Notes under the pieces: generated by a model
The model's input: the letters and a program-made list of their open reading frames with translations, nothing else
Databases searched by the model: none
What the model was told of the DNA's origin: nothing
In this document: positions 27,202 through 35,571 of the stretch, one piece after another
Numbering within the stretch: position 1 is the stretch's first letter
Layout of the letters: every line of letters starts with the position of its first letter
From: Candidatus Peregrinibacteria bacterium
GTDB taxonomy: Bacteria; Patescibacteriota; Gracilibacteria; Peribacterales; Peribacteraceae
Direction: 5' to 3'
DNA: 63,938 nucleotides
NCBI GenBank assembly: GCA_037143575.1
Contig: JBAWYM010000002.1
Span: forward strand, 1 to 63,938
Translations under genes and position numbers: made by a program

Positions 27202-27404
27202 AGCTCGCGAGATGGGCGTAATTCAGAGGTATGAATAGGATTATTCGAAGTTTCCGAAATTCAACGGCAAAGAAAAAACTCTGTGATTTTGACTACGCAT
27301 TGTCTGAGTGCATGTCATTTCGGCTTTAGCAACGCTCCTCCGCAGAAATTCTTACTGATCCAGAAAAAGCTTGTGAAATTCAAAGCGTACGCTACAATGT
27401 ACGT

Positions 27405-27683
27405 ATGCATAAGCACATGACTGCTACCGAGGCCAGGAAGAACTTCTACATGATGATTGCTTCTGCTGAGCGTCCGGGGGCTCCTGTGGTGATTACTCTT
27501 GGCGGCCTTCCGAAGGTGATCATGATGTCTTTCGATGAGTTTGAAGGATGGCAGGAGACGATGGAAATCTTGTCCGATCCGGTGCTTTCCAAGCGCCTCA
27601 TTAGTACCCTGAAGCAGATCAAGAAAGGGAAAAAGCTGGATACAATGGACTTCGATGTATTTAAAAAAAGCCTTAAATTGTGA
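27405..27683 (+). CDS. Phd/YefM-family antitoxin
   Basis: 'MTATEARKNFYMMIASAERPGAPVVITLGGLPKVIMMSFDEFEGWQETMEIL' is the YefM fold signature. It overlaps the toxin gene by 4 nt. Confidence 0.75.
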   Translation: MHKHMTATEARKNFYMMIASAERPGAPVVITLGGLPKVIMMSFDEFEGWQETMEILSDPVLSKRLISTLKQIKKGKKLDTMDFDVFKKSLKL

Positions 27684-27934
27684 CGTATCGCATTATCATT
27701 GACTCACAGGCAAGAAAAGACATGAAGAAACTCTCCGCGGATATACAAAGACGTGTGAGTGCCGCGATCGATATTCTCCGGGAAAATCCATTTGCGGGAA
27801 AACGACTGAAGGGAGATCTCATAGGACTGTGGACACTGCGCGTATGGCCATATCGCATTCTTTACATCGTCGAAAGAAAAATCATCACCGTCACTGTTTT
27901 GGAGGTGGCGCACCGACAAGGGGTGTATCAATAG
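27680..27934 (+). CDS. RelE/StbE-family toxin
   Basis: 'LKGDLIGLWTLRVWPYRILYIVERKIITVTVLEVAHRQGVY' fits the RelE/StbE pattern. Confidence 0.75.
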   Translation: MTYRIIIDSQARKDMKKLSADIQRRVSAAIDILRENPFAGKRLKGDLIGLWTLRVWPYRILYIVERKIITVTVLEVAHRQGVYQ

Positions 27935-27938
27935 CACT

Positions 27939-28532
27939 TCACAGGTTCTCTCTTACGATCTCTCTTTTCCGTTCCTGCATTTCTTTCCGAAAGATATTCT
28001 TCGCCGTTTCGGTGTAGAACCGGTTATCCCGCATGCGGAAGCCATACATCTGCTCCGGGGTCACGCCGTATTCTTTCGCGTCGGTGGTGAACTGTTCCCG
28101 GAAGGCATCGGAGAGCTGGTCGGCATCGATGAGCAGGCGCCTGCTCAATAGTCGGGGATTTGCAAATTTATGCGCCTGAACGATCCCTACAATTTCTTCG
28201 ATCGTCTTCGCTGGATACTTCAGTGAATGCAGGATCGTTTTGATGATCGCGGGTGCCAAGGCAATATGCAGCTGCATTCCGCGGAGCTTCTTTTTCTTAT
28301 CGGTCGTCCGTTGATATTGCGCAGGAACCTTGGCCCAGCCGGTGTCGTGGAGGATCGCGGCTGGTATGAGAATATCCGGATCACCTTTTTCTTTTTTCAG
28401 CAGGAGTTCCATCGCATGAACTACTCCTTCGGTGTGCACGACGAAATTCTTGTTGAGGCCTTGCTCCAGATACTTTTGCGCGAGCGTCCACATCGCTGCG
28501 TATTGGATTTTCCAAGGTGAACGTGTCGGCAT
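27939..28532 (-). CDS. HD-domain phosphohydrolase
   Basis: It has 'VVHTEGVVHAME...IPAAILHDTGW...DAD'. It lies 64 nt downstream of, and on the same strand as, the HTH-Panacea gene. Confidence 0.7.
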   Translation of the reverse strand: MPTRSPWKIQYAAMWTLAQKYLEQGLNKNFVVHTEGVVHAMELLLKKEKGDPDILIPAAILHDTGWAKVPAQYQRTTDKKKKLRGMQLHIALAPAIIKTILHSLKYPAKTIEEIVGIVQAHKFANPRLLSRRLLIDADQLSDAFREQFTTDAKEYGVTPEQMYGFRMRDNRFYTETAKNIFRKEMQERKREIVRENL

Positions 28533-28596
28533 GTGCCCATTCTTCTTCAGAATTTCCCTTTGGGCAATGATTAATGAAGGAGGTTCCTAGAGCCTA

Positions 28597-29298
28597 TTAC
28601 TGCCTGGCATTCAAAATCAGCTTCTGGTTCCATCCCTCTTTGCCTCCGAGCGTTGCCCCAAGCCGCTTCATGGGCGCCGTTTCATACGAGAGCTTCTTCA
28701 GCCTCTCTCCATTATTGACCGGTAAGGAAGCGAGAGTTTGCTCTATGAGATCAATGAAATCATGAATGTAGGAAAATTGCAGGTCGAAAGATTTGCCTTC
28801 GAACAGGCTTCTGTAGACGTACATATTCTTATCGAATGGACCAAAATTATGCCGTACGTACGATAGATTGGAGAGTTGGAATCCAAGATTGTTCACTGCT
28901 TCCAGGTCGACGAAATACGGTAGCTTCATGAATTGCATAATGTCCCAATTCCAACTCAGCTTCGATCCGATATACGCATACAACTCAAATGTCTTTCGAT
29001 CGATGTTATCAGACAAAAGGTAGTCTCGATCGATTTCCAGCGCTGCTGCCAGCTTGTCATAGAGCTCTATGCCAATGCCGCTTGCCGGTGCGTACGATGC
29101 ATTTTCAAGCTCACTGATAATCCTCTGCGTCGTCCCGGCTTTCTCGGCAAGTTCACCCTGCGAGAGGCCAAGATCCTTCCTGCGGCCGTAGACTTTCTCC
29201 GCAAGCAGAATCATCCGCTTGTGGTGAGCAGATTTGGCACGGAAGCTCTCCGATCGCATGACTTTAGAGAGCTTGGAGGAGAGGGGGGAGGGGGTCAT
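28597..29298 (-). CDS. XRE-type HTH fused to a Panacea (DUF4065/SocA-like) antitoxin domain
   Basis: The HTH is 'LGLSQGELAEKAGTTQRIISELEN'. The C-terminal part 'MKLPYFVDLEAVNNLGFQLSNLSYVRHNFGPFDKNMY' resembles the DUF4065 core (KLLY..D....G.pl.......GP....y). Confidence 0.6.
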   Translation of the reverse strand: MTPSPLSSKLSKVMRSESFRAKSAHHKRMILLAEKVYGRRKDLGLSQGELAEKAGTTQRIISELENASYAPASGIGIELYDKLAAALEIDRDYLLSDNIDRKTFELYAYIGSKLSWNWDIMQFMKLPYFVDLEAVNNLGFQLSNLSYVRHNFGPFDKNMYVYRSLFEGKSFDLQFSYIHDFIDLIEQTLASLPVNNGERLKKLSYETAPMKRLGATLGGKEGWNQKLILNARQ

Positions 29299-29634
29299 AG
29301 CGTGGGGAGGAGGATATGAGCTCCGCGATCAAGGATGCGAAGGCTTCGGGGTGTGCGGAGGCCTGGAGGCAGAAGACATTCATAGTATACCCAATAAGGT
29401 ATAGACGCAAGGCGCATTGTCAAGAGGCCTTTTCGTGGTGTCTAACGGCGAAGTACTGCGGCAGTACAATTTGGAGCCGCACACCCGCTGTTCTATGACC
29501 GATCCGTTTTTTGGGTGGGGGGAGGAAAACACCATACAGAACAACACACACAAATAGCACTTTGCAGTAGGGACGATCGGTCCGTCGCATTTGTGTGTGA
29601 TAGACTTTGTACTGTCTCGTTCCATACATCATGC

Positions 29635-30921
29635 ATGAAGAAACTCCTCCTCGCCTCCCCGCTTCTGTTTCTCGCTCTGGCCACCGTCGCCTACGCAGGG
29701 AGCTTGCGTCCTTCGGCTTCTCCCGCCGCGACGAGCTACACCCTCACCGATATCTACACCCGTCTCACGACGAATGAGACGGCGACCGCCGGCGATCATG
29801 ATTTCGCTCCGTCCGGTGCTCCGGACGCGTCGTTCAAAACACTCACGCAGATTTACGACGCGATTCCGACGATCACCGCCACAAAGGTTTTCACGGGATC
29901 AACATTCCTCGGCGTCACGGGCAACCTGGTTCTCGCGTGTGCCACGGAAACTTTCGATGCGACTGCCAATAAGGTCGCGAATGCCTATGACGACAACGGC
30001 AACGGCAGCAATCGCTGGTGTATGAAGGATACAGGCGATGCCACTGAGGGTGATATTCTCGCATCCAAGAAAGCGTGGGTTGACGGTAGAGAAGTCACGG
30101 GCAGCATGACGAATGTGGGAGCCCAGACGATCACGCCCACAACCTCCGACACCGCCATTACCGCCGGGTACCACAATGGAGCAGGCTCCTGCGTCGGAGA
30201 TGCCAATCTTGTTGTCGGCAACATCAAAAATGCTGTATCTATTTTTGGAGTTACCGGGACGTATTCAGCGGCTCCCACGGTCCCGGCCACCGGTCAAACC
30301 ACCGCCAATTACGGAACTTCCAGAACATGCGCGGATGGCGGAACCGGCACGTGCGAAGATGGTTATTATCACACAGGCACGGCCTTGAGCTATGCCAATG
30401 TGGAAGTGAATGGTCAGTATGTTGCGGTAAACGACGCAGCAACGGGATTGATGTGGCAAAAATGTCCCGCCGGTCTGTCGGATACCAACAAGGCAAATAC
30501 GTGTACTGCCGGGTCAGCTGTTACGTTAGTTTGGAAAACAGCAGGGAATGTTACCGAGGCCATTAATTATTGCGAGAATCTTCGACTGTGCAATGACGGT
30601 ACGTACCAAGGGGACAAAACCACGGAAGGTGACTGTACCGATCACAGTGGTGATGTATATGTAAATTGGCGGCTGCCAAATGTAAAAGAACTGTTCAGTC
30701 TCACCATCCAAGAAGCCGGTGCAATTACCGGCGTAAAGGTCGCCGGAACCCCCTTTATCAATCAAACATTTTTCCCGGCCACAGCTTCCTCCAACTACTG
30801 GTCTTCTACGACTCGCCCGGTGAATACCATTTACGCTTTCTACGTGAATTTTCTCACTAGCGACGCGAGCATCAGTGCTAAGACTGCCGCTGCCAATGTT
30901 CGTTGTGTCCGAGGGCAATAA
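29635..30921 (+). CDS. secreted DUF1566 (Lcl C-terminal-like) domain protein
   Basis: The signal peptide is 'MKKLLLASPLLFLALATVAYA'. The C-terminus has 'GLMWQKCP', 'NWRLPNVKELFSL', 'YWSSTT' and 'VRCVRG'. I chose the start at ATG 29635. Confidence 0.7.
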   Translation: MKKLLLASPLLFLALATVAYAGSLRPSASPAATSYTLTDIYTRLTTNETATAGDHDFAPSGAPDASFKTLTQIYDAIPTITATKVFTGSTFLGVTGNLVLACATETFDATANKVANAYDDNGNGSNRWCMKDTGDATEGDILASKKAWVDGREVTGSMTNVGAQTITPTTSDTAITAGYHNGAGSCVGDANLVVGNIKNAVSIFGVTGTYSAAPTVPATGQTTANYGTSRTCADGGTGTCEDGYYHTGTALSYANVEVNGQYVAVNDAATGLMWQKCPAGLSDTNKANTCTAGSAVTLVWKTAGNVTEAINYCENLRLCNDGTYQGDKTTEGDCTDHSGDVYVNWRLPNVKELFSLTIQEAGAITGVKVAGTPFINQTFFPATASSNYWSSTTRPVNTIYAFYVNFLTSDASISAKTAAANVRCVRGQ

Positions 30922-31246
30922 TATCGGCAAAGAGAATAGATCATCATTTCCCCTCGTTCTTACCATTCCTCCAGCGTCCATACAACCCTCCTCTTCTCTC
31001 AAAGTCTCTCTCCTTTCGTTCGGACTCCTCGTCGGCGAAAAAACAGACAATCCACAACCAACAACACATGTGGGGGGACACCCAAAAAATTGGAATGTCA
31101 TATAACGTTTGCGGGTGTGCGACCTGTCCCCCGTAGCCCGCAGGCGAAGGGGGAAGTACGGCGACAGTACAATTGGGAGCGGAGCGAACATCCACCAAAA
31201 TTTGTAGGTTTTTCGCGTTTCTAGGCCTTGTTATTATTATGAAATA

Positions 31247-31522
31247 ATGTATAATGTACATGTTATGGAAGGTGATCAATCCTTAGTAAATCGGCAAAGA
31301 ATAGTGGCAGCATTTAAACAGATGCTAGGGGAATGCAGCTCTGCTGAGGAATTAAACTCAAAATTACAAGCAAGATTGACAAAGGTTCACGCAAGCAAGC
31401 TACAGGCTGAGGTTGCGCAACAGCTGAGCGATTGCGGTGAGCAGACAGTGAAAGCGGCGCGATCGCTCATTGCGCTTACCGCTTTGGGACTTGGTGATAG
31501 GGCAGCAAAAGAATCGAAGTAA
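31247..31522 (+). CDS. hypothetical small protein
   Basis: The 91-aa ORF is preceded by an AT-rich stretch. There is no other support. Confidence 0.25.
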   Translation: MYNVHVMEGDQSLVNRQRIVAAFKQMLGECSSAEELNSKLQARLTKVHASKLQAEVAQQLSDCGEQTVKAARSLIALTALGLGDRAAKESK

Positions 31523-31776
31523 ATACATGAGTTGTCCCGTTGCGAAAACTCTATGCGTCAAAATGATGTTCGCGTATTGCAGCTCACTCGTACTTCTATA
31601 AAATATCAGAGCTTTCCGGCATCCTCCCCACACAAGAGAAACACTAGAATCTCCTTGTCCCTCATAGGTCTTCCTGTAGAATGACAGGCGTTGATTCCTG
31701 CAAGTGCAGCCGTTTCTCATGCATTCACCCGCGTCCGGTTTTTTCGGATCGGGCATAGTAATATTTCGATTCGTCC

Positions 31777-34700
31777 ATGAAACCATCCCTCCTCCTTGGG
31801 GAGAGTACCCATCGGGAACTTGCTCAGCTGCTTTCGGCCAAGCGGCGTCTCGTCGTGTCCGGCGCATCCAACGAGACGGCCAAGGCGCTCGTCCTCGCTG
31901 CGCTCCTCGATCATCGCCCGACATCGACTTTACTAGTGAACGAGAAGGAGGAAGAGAGTGAGACGCTGGGGCACTGGCTCAACTTCTTCGAGCAGCCGGT
32001 CGCCATGCTTTACCCTGTGGAGAATGAGAATGAGGAGGTGATCCCCGGCGCGCTGCAGGTGTTTCTTCGGCTGATGCACGCGGAGGAAACCACCACCTTC
32101 ATTGCCCATCGTGAAACGTGGGAGAGGAATTTCCCGCTCTTTTCTGAGCTCCTCGAGCGCACGATCCATCTGAAGGTTGGCGAAGATGTTCCCTTCACAA
32201 GTTTCGTCGAAGATCTCATCGAGCGCGGGTACAGCCATGGCGCCGATTTGTACTTGTCTCCCGGGGAATACCGCCGCATTGGGGATGTGTTCGATATCTT
32301 CCCCATCCAGTTCGATCATCCCTACCGCGTATCGTTCGATGGCGATCGCGTCGAGAAGATCCTTGCCGTCGATAGCGCGGATTTATCGCTCACAACCGAT
32401 GCAGGGAAGACGCTGCCGATCATCCCTCTGCTCTACGAACGGACAGCGCCGTTGGCCAAACAACTTCCCGCCAAGACCCTCCTCGTCGTCAACGATCAGG
32501 ATGATATTGAGTTTCCGATGGGAGTGGAGGGGCTGCGGTTCACGCCGTTCCCCGAAACTGACGATTGCCATGTCCATCTACGGTATCTGTCGGTCCTCAA
32601 GTTCTACACGCTCGGAGATTTCCTCAATGACGTCCGCGACAAGCTCAATCAGGATTGGACGATCCTCGTGGTGACGAAGCGCAGTGAGGAGCTCCAGAAG
32701 ATTTGCGATGAGGAGCACATCATTGTGGAGTCCGGCGGCGGGAGCCGCCATGGTGCGCTCACGCTGATCCATGCCGAGCCCGAGGATCTCCTGCCCCACT
32801 CCCTCCAGAATCCGGATCTCAAGATTGCGCTTCTTACCGACCGCGAGATTTTTTCACTCAAGAAAGCGGGCCGCGAGAAGAGCATCCAGAAGCTCGCGCT
32901 CGATTTCATCACGTCCCTTGTCCCAGGCGATTACGTGGTGCACATGGAGCACGGGATCGGGCACTTCGAGGGGATGACGCAGAAGGAGGTGGATGAGACG
33001 CTGCGGGAATATTTGGCGTTAACGTATGCCGAGAATGACAAACTCTTCGTTCCGGTGGATCAGGCCGACAAACTCAGCAAGTTCGTCTACGAAGAAGGGC
33101 AGGAGCCGGTTCTCACGCGGCTCGGGACCGGGGAATGGAAGAAGCTTATGGCCAAGACGAAGGAGGAGACGCAGCAGATTGCCCGGGAGCTTCTTGCGGT
33201 GTACGCCAAGCGTGCCAAGGCCAAGGGGCATGCCTTCGGCGATGATGGCGAGATCCAGCGGCAGTTTGAGGAGAAGTTTCCGTACGAAGAGACGCCCGGG
33301 CAGCTCAAGGCCATCGAAGATTTCAAAAAAGACATGGAGAGTCCCCATCCGATGGACCGTCTCATCTGCGGAGATGTGGGCTTCGGGAAGACGGAGGTCG
33401 CGATGCGCGCCGCCTTCAAGGCCGTGCAGAACGGCAAGCAGGTTGCTGTCATCGCGCCCATCACCATTCTTGCCGATCAGCACTACCACAACTTCCGCAA
33501 GCGCATGGAGGGCTTCGATGTGCGCATCGACATGATGAGCCGCTTCCGCTCCCCCAGGGAATTGCAGGAGACGATTGAGAAACTGAAGGCGGGGACCGTG
33601 GATATCGTGATCGGTACGCATCGACTATTGCAGGATGATATCGCGTTCAAAAATCTCGGGCTCGTGGTCATCGACGAAGAGCAGCGCTTCGGAGTGAAGC
33701 AGAAGGAGAAGTTCAAAGAGATGCGCGCATCCGTGGATATCCTCACGCTCACGGCGACGCCCATTCCACGCACATTGAATCTCGGTCTGCATAAACTCCG
33801 CGACATCACGACGATCACTACTCCTCCTCCCGGCCGTCTCCCCATCATTACCGAGGTCCGCAAGTATTCCGAGTCTCTGATGCGGCACGCCATCGTCTTC
33901 GAGCTCAAGCGCAAGGGGCAGGTATTCGTCCTGCACAACCGCGTGGAGACGATCGATGCCTTCGCCGATAAGCTCCGGCTCCTCGTCCCCGAAGGGAAAT
34001 TTATCGTCGCGCACGGCCAGCTCAAAGCTGATGATCTGGAGGAGCGCATTCTGCAATTCAAAAAAGGCGAAGTGGATATCCTCGTCAGCTCGACTATTAT
34101 CGAAAATGGCATCGACTTGCCGCGGGCCAATACGCTGATTATCAACGAAGCCGAGCACTTCGGCCTGGCCCAGCTGTATCAGCTGCGTGGACGTGTGGGT
34201 CGTAGCTCCACACAAGCTTTCGCCTACTTCCTTTACCACGGTCAGAAGCTCAAAGAGGATGCCCGCAAGCGTTTACGCGCCATTGTGGAAGCCTGCGAAC
34301 TGGGCAGCGGTTTCCAAGTCGCCATGCGGGATCTGGAGATCCGCGGTGCCGGAGAAATTCTCGGTGCGAGCCAGTCGGGTACGATGCAGACTGTGGGCGT
34401 GAGTCACTATTTGCGCATGCTGAAAGGTGCCGTTGAAGAATTGAAGCACGGGGAGAAAGCGGACGTGGAAGAGATGAGCGCCATCGAAGTGCTGCTGCCG
34501 GTGGAAGCGATGATCCCGGCGTTCTACGTCACCGAGGAGCAGGAGCGTATCTCCGTCTACCAGAAGCTCGCGGGAAGCGAGGATTTGCCGACTCTCAAAG
34601 AATTCGAAGCCGATCTCCACGCGGAATTCGGTGAGCCGCCCCGGCAGGTCCTAAGCCTCCTCGCCGTCCTCCGTCTCAAGCTCGCCTGCAGGCACGCCGG

Positions 34701-34935
34701 TGTGCCCCGCGTCACACTGGAGCACGACGGTGGCAAAGATACCCTCGTTCTCACCCTCGCTCCGCGCGTGACCGCCGAAGAGATCATGCATCTCCTCAGT
34801 GAAAATCCCCGCTGGAAAATCTCGGGCACGCGTCTGCGTCATGACTTCGCAGAGTATCAGGACAAATTCGGGCACGCCGAAGCGGAGTGGATCGCCGCGC
34901 TGACGAAGGAGGTGGGGAGGTTGGAGAAGGCATAG
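31777..34935 (+). CDS. mfd: transcription-repair coupling factor
   Basis: The 1052-aa ORF has a CarD-like region, the helicase motifs 'GDVGFGKTEVAMRAAF' and 'DEEQRFG', and a TRG/C-terminal domain. Confidence 0.9.
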   Translation: MKPSLLLGESTHRELAQLLSAKRRLVVSGASNETAKALVLAALLDHRPTSTLLVNEKEEESETLGHWLNFFEQPVAMLYPVENENEEVIPGALQVFLRLMHAEETTTFIAHRETWERNFPLFSELLERTIHLKVGEDVPFTSFVEDLIERGYSHGADLYLSPGEYRRIGDVFDIFPIQFDHPYRVSFDGDRVEKILAVDSADLSLTTDAGKTLPIIPLLYERTAPLAKQLPAKTLLVVNDQDDIEFPMGVEGLRFTPFPETDDCHVHLRYLSVLKFYTLGDFLNDVRDKLNQDWTILVVTKRSEELQKICDEEHIIVESGGGSRHGALTLIHAEPEDLLPHSLQNPDLKIALLTDREIFSLKKAGREKSIQKLALDFITSLVPGDYVVHMEHGIGHFEGMTQKEVDETLREYLALTYAENDKLFVPVDQADKLSKFVYEEGQEPVLTRLGTGEWKKLMAKTKEETQQIARELLAVYAKRAKAKGHAFGDDGEIQRQFEEKFPYEETPGQLKAIEDFKKDMESPHPMDRLICGDVGFGKTEVAMRAAFKAVQNGKQVAVIAPITILADQHYHNFRKRMEGFDVRIDMMSRFRSPRELQETIEKLKAGTVDIVIGTHRLLQDDIAFKNLGLVVIDEEQRFGVKQKEKFKEMRASVDILTLTATPIPRTLNLGLHKLRDITTITTPPPGRLPIITEVRKYSESLMRHAIVFELKRKGQVFVLHNRVETIDAFADKLRLLVPEGKFIVAHGQLKADDLEERILQFKKGEVDILVSSTIIENGIDLPRANTLIINEAEHFGLAQLYQLRGRVGRSSTQAFAYFLYHGQKLKEDARKRLRAIVEACELGSGFQVAMRDLEIRGAGEILGASQSGTMQTVGVSHYLRMLKGAVEELKHGEKADVEEMSAIEVLLPVEAMIPAFYVTEEQERISVYQKLAGSEDLPTLKEFEADLHAEFGEPPRQVLSLLAVLRLKLACRHAGVPRVTLEHDGGKDTLVLTLAPRVTAEEIMHLLSENPRWKISGTRLRHDFAEYQDKFGHAEAEWIAALTKEVGRLEKA

Positions 34936-34959
34936 CGCCAGAGAACCCCTGAAGAACTG

Positions 34960-35044
34960 CCAATTTGTCACAGTGAGCCGCGTCGAACTGCGACAAATTG
35001 GGCTCTGGCTTCGAGTCATGGTTCGACGCGGCTCACCATGACAC
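34960..35044. repeat. two adjacent hairpin repeats with the conserved core GTGAGCCGCGTCGAAC in opposite orientations
   Basis: The two hairpins are 'ccaatttgtc acagtgagccgcgtcgaactgc gacaaattgg' and 'gtcatggttcgacgcggctcaccatgac'. The cores at 34973..34988 and 35021..36 are exact reverse complements. Confidence 0.75.
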
Positions 35045-35196
35045 AATCAAGAGTTCAAGGTTTCCTAGGCATTATCAACAAGTCCGCGCGAAGCCCTTCG
35101 ACATGCTCAGGACAGGCATCGCGCGCTAGGTTTCGTGATGGTGCCCCCTTCCCCCCACCTCCCAAAAATGCTATACTAATCAGAAATCCACATCAT

Positions 35197-35571
35197 ATGC
35201 CTAGTTCGACCCCGCTCACTACAGGCCAAACACAAACCACCACCTCGGTCGTTCCTATGCTCCCTTCCTCCGGGCAGGAAGTGTACGACATGATCATGCG
35301 AGAGATCGAGCCCGATCTGGTGACAGATCAAATTGAGCTCATGGGAGAGAAGTACAAGGATGAGACGCCCGAGCAGAAGAAGGCCCGCGGCGAGCGCTAC
35401 CAGAAGGCTTTCGCAGAGTACGACGTTCGCTATGCGCAGTACCTCACCGAGCAGCAGACCATGGTCCATTCCTTCAAGCGCAATCTCATCGCGTCCGTCG
35501 AGAGGAATTCCAGCGATGATGATCAGGCCAAAATTGACTCCCTGGAGTCCGCTTTCTCCACTACTGCATGA
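35197..35571 (+). CDS. hypothetical protein (first gene of a coupled pair)
   Basis: The start is uncertain (ATG 35197, 35257 or 35290), and the first codons after 35197 translate a repeat copy. The stop overlaps the next start (ATGA). Confidence 0.4.
   Translation: MPSSTPLTTGQTQTTTSVVPMLPSSGQEVYDMIMREIEPDLVTDQIELMGEKYKDETPEQKKARGERYQKAFAEYDVRYAQYLTEQQTMVHSFKRNLIASVERNSSDDDQAKIDSLESAFSTTA

Noticed and set aside
30780-30921. The possibility that the DUF1566 C-terminus is a diversity-generating retroelement (DGR) variable region. DUF1566/C-type-lectin folds are frequent DGR targets in CPR.
   Set aside because: I found no reverse-transcriptase gene and no template-repeat copy of this ~140-bp segment anywhere in the window. 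A DGR elsewhere in the genome is not excluded.
30526-31191. A 221-aa minus-strand ORF spanning the end of the DUF1566 gene and the downstream spacer
   Set aside because: It overlaps a supported gene in antisense and runs through repeat DNA. It has no motif and poor start context.
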